From positions 30,070,001 to 30,134,000 of the forward strand of contig NC_043008.1 of NCBI RefSeq assembly GCF_006345805.1: 64,000 nucleotides of DNA, given 5' to 3'. A program made the position numbers and the translations under genes. This DNA comes from Octopus sinensis. Its lineage: Eukaryota. The first letter of the stretch is position 1, and every line of letters starts with the position of its first letter. Positions 55,962 through 64,000 of the stretch are shown one piece after another. The notes under the pieces are model-generated. The model made no database searches and had not been told where the DNA came from. It saw nothing but the letters and a program-made list of their open reading frames with translations.

Positions 55962-57126
55962 GGTATCTAGAGAGGGAGGAGGGATTGATTGTTGGTCAGG
56001 GTTTGTCACGCTACAGTTTGATCACTATAAGGATACACCCCACTTATCACTTTAAAAACAAATATTTGGCCTCCGCTCTCACTGCAATGTCATTCATAGT
56101 CATTCATCATATCTCCTTCCTAGTTAACATACATGTTTATTTGGATATAGAGCTCCTATTTGCAAGCTGATGCATTTTACTTGTAAATAATAGGAGACCC
56201 GTTGTTTTCGAAGGCGAGTTGGAAAAACTGTTGGCAATAAATGTTTTGTAAATATACTACATAGATAAATGTATTTATTTCGGCTAAAGAAACTAAGACA
56301 TTGAGAGATATTTTTTCAAAGAAGAAAAATCATTTACAAAAACACATACTCTCAATTACTCACATATGTATACAATTTATATGTGTGCGTGTATGTGTGT
56401 GTATGTGTGTATATGTATATACTTGTATGTATATATGAATGTATGTACACACACAAATATATATGCATATATAGACACGCACATACACACACATAGACAT
56501 ATATATATATAGGTATATATGTATATGTTTGGAAGATAGTAATGATATCATTATCATTTGTACTTTTATGTGAGGATATATACAATAGTGAATATGTGTA
56601 CGCATTTATCATTCATGTACACATATGTATAATCTATAAATATTTAGAATTCAATATATTCTTAGAGATATTTTTGTGTGTATATGTATCGGTCGGTTCA
56701 TGTGATGTGTATTCAGCGAGCCGCAGTATCTTCATAGAGGTTATATATAGAGAAAAGAGTGACTAACGAAAGAATTGGATACATATTGAAGATAGAAGAG
56801 AAGTCAGAAATGCAAAGGAGATATTGAAACATTGACAAAGACGATATAATAAATTATATATGTATATGCACAAAAATAAAGCAGTATTGGATAATCAATG
56901 GTAATCTAACGAACCAGAGATTTCCATCGTTAGATTTTACAAAACATATGTCATTCTTTTATTCTTTCATTTCACATGGTCTTCACTCAATCTTTTATTT
57001 GACAATAACACATTACTGCTACCATATTTCTTCATCTGCATCGTTCTACAACAACGGCGTTCTGTGAAATTTGATCTGTAGCGAAAAAAATAAAACAGAA
57101 ATTTTAGCCGATATTTGCTTTCGCCT

Positions 57127-57209
<83 letters not shown>

Positions 57210-57344
57210 CTGTATCTATTTGGAAAATCATATCTGTCTCAAAATATCTATAACAGATGAATCAATATTTTGTTAGTATAACATATATACAAAGACACTC
57301 ACACACACTCATACAGACATATATCCACACACACACACTATCTA

Positions 57345-57345
57345 C

Positions 57346-57412
<67 letters not shown>

Positions 57413-57413
57413 G

Positions 57414-57444
<31 letters not shown>

Positions 57445-57445
57445 C
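57345..57445. repeat. (GATA)n microsatellite
   Basis: Directly visible. Confidence 0.97.
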
Positions 57446-59331
57446 TATCAGGCAAAATTTTGATACAAATTACATCCATTTCTAAAGAAGGTAGGACAAA
57501 TAATTGGTGAGAATTGCACCAATTTTAAATAAGATCAGGTCATCCGCCAGAAAAGCGAGACTTCCGTAAAACTATCTTGCATATAGGACAATAACAGGAT
57601 ATCCATGAACATTTATTTGTCTCGAAGGGTATCATATACCGAACGTCTTAATCAGCTGATGTGACATTTAGACGTATTAAAAAATATGATTACTTCTAGA
57701 TTATTTGCAAAACTGAAACAAAAGTGTCAACATATAAATTACGAAGAAGGGCCAGTATCAAATACTTAAACAACAAATTCTTAATATCGTAAACCACAAA
57801 TTCTTAGTTCATTGAAAAAATCTCTGCTTCTAATAAGGATTCAAGTGTCACATAAAATTGTGAATAATACCCTAAAGATAAAAATTTAAGTCCTAGTCAA
57901 ACCGAGGTTATCAATAAATTTTACAGTAACTGTTTAGAGTTCCACTAATCAATAAACTCTTTTGTTTGTACTAGTTTCTTAACAATGCTAAGTAATACTT
58001 TTATATATGTAGTGTCTTTGTATTTGTATGTGCATATATATATAGATACGTATGTGTGTGTGTGCGTGCGCATGTATATGTGTGCGCGCGCGCACTCGCA
58101 GTGATTGCTGCATCACACTTTTGCTTTTCGTACCTAAAACGTCAAATTTGTTTGAAGTTGTTCAGACTTGAGAAACGTTAACTTAATTTCTGCAGATGTA
58201 TTCGGTCCTTATTCAATCAATGTTTTCTGTTTTTTATGTACTAACACACACATGCGCACACACACACTTTGGCATATCTATGTGTATGCATAAGCTTATA
58301 TGTGTATTGACTCTAGTTCATTAACAATAAAGGGAAGACAAAATCTAGAATTATCTTCATGTTTGGTGCGCTGTAGGAATTCATTCAAAAATGTGTTTGC
58401 AACATATTCTGTTTGAATGTTTTACTACACCAAAATTTATAGTTCAAATTTTGGTCAGTGATCTTCGGTAAAAAGAAGTCCATTACATCGAATTAAGTAA
58501 TTGACTGACTATTTATTTTATACACCCTAATGAGGTAAATGTCAGAGCTTGCTTTGACGATATTTACATCCATATTCGAAAGGAATACCCTTAAGCAGCT
58601 AGTCCTGAAGGCTAATACTTTTGCTATAACATCGCCTAAATTTAAACTATAATCACGAATACTTAAAAGTAGTTGCCAGCTGAACGGGGTTTTGGAAACC
58701 CTTGAACTCACATCGCTAAAATGCACTTCATATTAAAACACTTGTTATTTTCAGAATGTTGACCACTCTTGCTGTCAAGCACAAAATGACAATTTCCAAA
58801 TCCTATATTCTGACTTTAAACCGCAGTAACTTTTTGAAAACCTTTTCTGAGTAAAGTGAAATACCACCTGAAATTCAGCTTGTAAAACTTCATTAATACA
58901 CCAAATTTGAAATTCTCACACCTGCAGCCAAACAGAAAAGATACACACACACAAATATAACCACACACACAAACACACACTCAAACATACACCCACATCT
59001 GTAAGTGTACGTACGTGTAATTACAAGTGCTTTATTTGAAACCGTGTGTTGACCTTAAATTCCTTCCAGTATGGAAAACACGCCAGTCATTAATAAATAT
59101 ATAAATAACTTTTAACTTCAATGAAACATTTATTCTTTGTTGTACTACGTCTCAAACGCAGAGTAACAGCTTTATTAGTGATCAGGTCCCAGTTTCGAGC
59201 GACGAAAATATTGACGCTATATTTCCAACAATAAATGTATACGTAAAGTTAAGAATCTATGTTTTATCCTGAATATATAACATCCACCTTCCATGTTGCC
59301 ATGTATATATGTATGTACGCATGTGTGTGTA

Positions 59332-59387
<56 letters not shown>

Positions 59388-59392
59388 ATATA

Positions 59393-59656
59393 TATTATAT
59401 TAAATTAGAGATAAAACCACTATTAGGCAAATCAAACAATGAAAAACATAAGCCAATACATAAAATAATTTAATTTATATTATTTTAAATATATATCAAA
59501 AGTATTAAAAGTTTAATAAAAGATAAAGAGTATGAAACTTTTAATACTTTTGATATAAATTTAAAATAATATAAATTAAATTATTTTATGTATTGGCTTA
59601 TGTTTTTCATCGTTTGATTTGCCTAATAGTGGTTTTATCTCTAATTTAATATAATA
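59393..59656. mobile_element. Foldback/MITE-like near-perfect palindrome (about 126-bp arms, 12-nt loop)
   Basis: 59393-59518 is the reverse complement of 59531-59656 with about 3 mismatches; sits next to a (TA)n tract. Confidence 0.85.
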
Positions 59657-59740
59657 TAATATAGTTATACTATAAATTTGGATTTACTCCTAAATCTGAT
59701 TTTTCCCTGTAAGTTTGGATTTATTCCCTAATATTTTATT

Positions 59741-59784
<44 letters not shown>

Positions 59785-59887
59785 TCAGGGTGAATACTTG
59801 ATAGTTGTAAGCACCTATATATACCATTTAGTGGTGTAGGTGATAGAGTATATTAATCAAAATAAAAACATGATTCCAAAGGATTTA

Positions 59888-59975
59888 GCGGTACATATGT
59901 TTCGGGCCTTTATTAGACGGTTTTATAACAATGCATAATTGATGTAAATGCGTGTCTATGGCCTTCTTCAGCCGC
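59888..59975 (-). ncRNA. Minimal type I hammerhead ribozyme, invariant core intact
   Basis: GCGG-CTGAAGA-A-GGCC...(51 nt with TAGAC/GTCTA)...GGCC-C-GAAAC-ATAT-GTA-CCGC. Stem I GCGG/CCGC, palindromic stem III ACATATGT, predicted GUA cleavage between 59892 and 59891. Confidence 0.72.
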
Positions 59976-60501
59976 GTACAATTACTACTTCAAGGACATA
60001 TATTACATTATAAGTTTTACGTTGGGGAAGCAAATCCTCATAGTCGCGTACGACAGAGTGGGGCACCAACACATAAATACACACGGACGTGTGTATTTAT
60101 GTATATATATTTATATATTTATTTATATATTTATATAATTAGATACGTTTTTTATATTTTTATATATATATTTTTACATTCTTATATATTTTTTATATTC
60201 TTATATCTTTTTTTTTATATTCTTATATCTTTTTTATATATTTTTTAAAGTTTTTACTCTTTTGTAATCTTTTACTCTTTTACTCCCCCTTTGTGATCCC
60301 TAACTCACTAACAATTCAACCCCCCAACCCCTTCCCTCTCTAGCTCAACATCCAAACTTCCTCATTCTACATCGAGTCAAAAGCGGGATGGACGCTTCGA
60401 TTTCGTGTTGGTGCTCCACTCTGTCGTACGCGACTATGAGGATTTGCTTCCCCAACGTAAAACTTATAATGTAATATATATCCTTGAAGTAGTAATTGTA
60501 C

Positions 60502-60589
60502 GTGGCCGAAGAAGGCCATAGACACGCACTTACATCAATTATGCATTGTTATAAAACCGTCTAATAAAGGCCCGAAACATATGTACCGT
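60502..60589 (+). ncRNA. Hammerhead motif, second copy (U4->C, probably impaired)
   Basis: GTGG-CCGAAGA-A-GGCC...GGCC-C-GAAAC-ATAT-GTA-CCGT. Confidence 0.6.
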
Positions 60590-60628
60590 TAAATCCTTTG
60601 GATCATGTTTTTATTTTGATTAATATAC

Positions 60629-60692
<64 letters not shown>

Positions 60693-60994
60693 TGTTTGTG
60701 TGTGTATTTATGTATATGTATATAGATAGCTAGATAGATATAGATATAGATAAATATCAAGACATGCAAATATATTTGTACATACATATACTCGCACACA
60801 CTATAGATACACTTGCATTTTGCATTTTTCATATATTTAGATATTGCATACATAGGCAGAACCCGTTACTTCATAACATTAACTTCTTTTATAAATTCAA
60901 AAACGTGATCCTTTTATTCTTCCATAGTTAATCCTTATAACAATAATTTAACAGAGTTGATTAAATTCATAGAGCTACTTCCCTCCAATGTGTA

Positions 60995-61295
60995 TTCATA
61001 TTTCATTATACGGTATAATTATTTAAAGAAAACTGTTCGGCTGTGGACTCGTCAAAGCGCCAGGCATAATGTTTTACGGTATTGTTACATTTAATTACGC
61101 TCTGGATTGAATCTCACCAAGTTCGTCTTTGATCTTTATGTTCCTTAGATTGATACAATAAAATATTAGTAAATTATTTTGGCTTAATATAATCTTATTA
61201 CACTCCTCTGCTAAAATGTGTCTTGTACCAACGTTAGAAAGATTATTAATGAAAACGATGGACTTAAAGAAACACTATTAAATGTCTTGCTCTTT
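60995..61295 (+). repeat. Unclassified dispersed repeat D, copy 2
   Basis: Aligns with 39945-40280; has only one copy of the GGACTCGTCAAA unit. Confidence 0.8.
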
Positions 61296-61382
61296 TTGCT
61301 GTTTGCTCTCTTTGTACCAAGTTCAAAACTCACCGTGGTTCACTATCAGAGGTTCATAATCACCATGGCGAATATTAATCTC

Positions 61383-61432
<50 letters not shown>

Positions 61433-61435
<3 letters not shown>

Positions 61436-61720
61436 TCCGCTTGTTAGTTGTTTGACTTTAACCAGTTGAGCATGTCCTTTGGTGGCTGACGATGTGTACT
61501 TCTCTAATCGCGAGCAGAAGTAGTGGGGGAGCATCATAGCCATGGTTTGAGAGGAATTTTTGTGGGGGTTTGAATATTTCATCTCCGGAAACGTGGGTGT
61601 TTCATTCAACATCCTTAAAAAAGCACTATTCAAGACCGTTTGAGCGGAATGGGTTACTCGACCTGAAAAAAAATCCTGACTGGGCCCTATCTGCAAGACA
61701 TGCGCTGTTAATCTTGGTAT
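61433..61720. mobile_element. Interspersed repeat, unclassified, next to an (AAT)n tract
   Basis: GC-richer block (AACCAGTTGAGCATGTCC...GAGCAGAAGTAGTGGGGGAGCATCATAGCC) recalled as a high-copy octopod repeat; single copy here, so support is limited. Confidence 0.5.
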
Positions 61721-61807
61721 AGTCTTACATATGGTTTTAATGCATGTGCCTGCTGCACCGTTATCAAACAGGTAGTCATGATAGGTTTACTGGGCACTAC
61801 TCTCACA

Positions 61808-61808
61808 C

Positions 61809-61860
<52 letters not shown>

Positions 61861-61922
61861 TAATAATAATAATAATGATAATAATAATAATAATGATGAT
61901 AATAATAATAATAATAATGATG

Positions 61923-61965
<43 letters not shown>

Positions 61966-61975
61966 TAATAATAAT
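61808..61975. repeat. (AAT)n with GAT interruptions
   Basis: Directly visible. Confidence 0.95.
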
Positions 61976-62029
61976 ACAAGGTTTAAAACAAACATAATTT
62001 TCGGTTTAAAAAAAAGAAGAAGAATCCAG

Positions 62030-62225
62030 TAGGCACAATACCTCAAATCTGGGGAAGGAGACTAGTCCATTACATCGTCCCCATCGTTTGACTGATACTT
62101 CATCAACCCCGAAAGGATGATAGTCAAAGTGGGCACTGTCGGCATTTGAATTCAGGAAGTAAAGCTGGACGAAATACCACTAAACATTTTGTCCGTTACG
62201 CGAACGATTCTGCCAGCTTACCGCC
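62030..62225 (-). mobile_element. SINE family B, diverged copy
   Basis: ACCCCGAAAGGATGATAGTCAAAGT...ATTTGAATTC...ATTCTGCCAGCTTACCGCC is the reverse complement of the family B head and core. Confidence 0.8.
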
Positions 62226-62759
62226 AATAAGAATTTCTCATTCGAACACCTCAGTTGAGGACACTCATACACTTCTCTTGAAAATTGTTCGCTTATTGAC
62301 AAAGCTGGAAAAGTTTATTATAGTGAGACTGATACAATGATGAATAGCAGATTAAATCTTTTTTACTTCAGAATTACTATGGGATTGAGGTTGCTTTTCC
62401 CTTTAAACTGTCTAATGACTAACAGTAATATACTGGACATCGATTCAAATCTATTATATCTTCCCAGTCATTCATGTCCGTGTACCTTTGTTACAAACAC
62501 TGATTATAATTATTTCATAAAAGCGTTGAGAATTACCATCTGCTATTGTAATGCATCTACAGTGGATATTTGGTCAATCTGAATACAGTAATCGATTAGC
62601 AAAATGTATTAAAAATAAGTGGAACGGCCTTGATTTTGATGAAGAAGACTGAGTTGTTCAATCAAATAAACAACTCGCTCTTTTCAGTCTACAAAACGTG
62701 GATGTAATTATTAGAGCGCCGATTTTGCGGTATTCGCCTTGAGAGTTTCACTCATATGG

Positions 62760-62860
62760 ACGTACGGTGCTAAACGCACGGACATATATCGTGCCAGACA
62801 CGAATAGTCTGGTGTAGGTGCCGGACCTGCCAGATCACCTGATTTCAGCGTACTATGCTT
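62760..62860 (+). mobile_element. Possible Tc1/mariner catalytic-motif remnant
   Basis: YGAKRTD...GPARSPDFSVLCF resembles DGAxxH...WPARSPDLxPLDF. Confidence 0.35.
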
Positions 62861-64000
62861 CATCAGTCACTGATGTTGCAAATAGATAGCAAGCTTATTA
62901 AGAATTAATATTTACGACAGAGCTTTATTAATACGAAAAGGCAATCTTACATCCTACAGCACATGCATGTACTTTTAGAGCACAGAATCCTGCGGTTTTC
63001 GCCTTAAGATGTCGTCTCATACAGACATATGGTGCTAATGATACATATACCGTAACAGACGAGAACCGTCTGGTGTGGGCACCGAATGGCGATGCTACAG
63101 TATTCGGTACTCTAATAATACATCCCGGTTTAGTAGAATATTCAGATTGATCATTGTTATTAATACTGCTTGCATCGCTAAGAAAGTCGCTTTTCGCCTT
63201 AGCTTGTGTATGTGTCTGGGTATTGCACTGATACAATGCTATCCCAACGGAGAATCTACATGACAGAATGTGTAGCAGGGGTGGGACTTAGAAGTTGCTC
63301 CAATCTTTTCAATCTTTCAAAACTTTTGTCTATTTCTAATATCACACTCATTGCTGGATTCCACTCGAGCTCATGATAAATTAATCTGCACCAAAACGTT
63401 ACGTAATGATAGCGAACCCAAAAGAGGTTCGTGCTATCCTCTGCCTTTAGTGGTATCACAAGCAAAATTTAGCTATGTACCGTCAGAGTCTAAGAGCAAA
63501 TCGTGTCTGAGCCGACATTCCCTTTTATTTAATTTTGGTCGATAAAATTATTTCCATTATAAAGTGCGGTTTGTTTAATTCAACACGCTACATATTAATG
63601 AATTGCCTTGTGGTATTATTTGAGATGCGTATTTAAGGGAATATTTCGCTCTGAAACTGGATTTACAACCTTATAGTATTTATTGTTTGTATGCATTTTC
63701 ATCTGTGGGAGATGTTTCAATAGATTATTCCCTTTATTATATAAGTTTGACCCACTGAAAAAAGATAAACATTAATACCATTAGCCCAATAAATACATTA
63801 GAGTTCAAGACGTTGGATTCGATTATGTTCCTGACATAAACACCTATCAAATTATCTTCATGTTTTATCGTTTAGCAATTCGACTGGTTTCTAGTTAGGC
63901 ATTATGCGATTATAACTATGCTATTATTTGTTTATATTCTCTAGAATATATAACAAATGGGATTGAAGTAACTTGCTTAATAATCATAAACATATAAACT

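Larger units (their letters stand above)
59847..60629. mobile_element. Non-autonomous PLE/retrozyme-like element: inverted pLTR-like pair, each arm carrying a hammerhead motif
   Basis: Arms 59847-60072 and 60405-60629 are near-identical inverted repeats separated by a pyrimidine-rich spacer, the inverted-pLTR geometry known from Penelope insertions. Confidence 0.8.

Overview
AT-rich, microsatellite-saturated eukaryotic DNA, most likely from an octopus (inference: the SINE families match octopod repeats as I remember them; a database search is needed to confirm). I recognise no intact protein-coding gene, rRNA, true tRNA or CRISPR array, and nearly all ORFs in the track are translations of (TA)n/(CA)n/(GATA)n/(GAT)n/(GAA)n repeats. 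The window is an intronic or intergenic transposon graveyard. It holds about four tRNA-derived SINE families (some with clear target-site duplications), two TIR-bounded DD37D (maT-type) Tc1/mariner elements, mariner remnants, RTE-like LINE remnants, Penelope-like element (PLE) GIY-YIG remnants of two types, and a 264-bp foldback element. The most interesting signal is a set of unrelated non-autonomous repeats carrying minimal PLE/retrozyme-type hammerhead ribozyme (HHR) motifs. Two of them are arranged as head-to-head inverted pairs (15167-15631 and 59847-60629). One copy (59888-59975, minus) retains all invariant core nucleotides and one family has a tRNA-like Pol III head. A few possible micro-exons on the + strand hint at an unidentified host gene, at low confidence.
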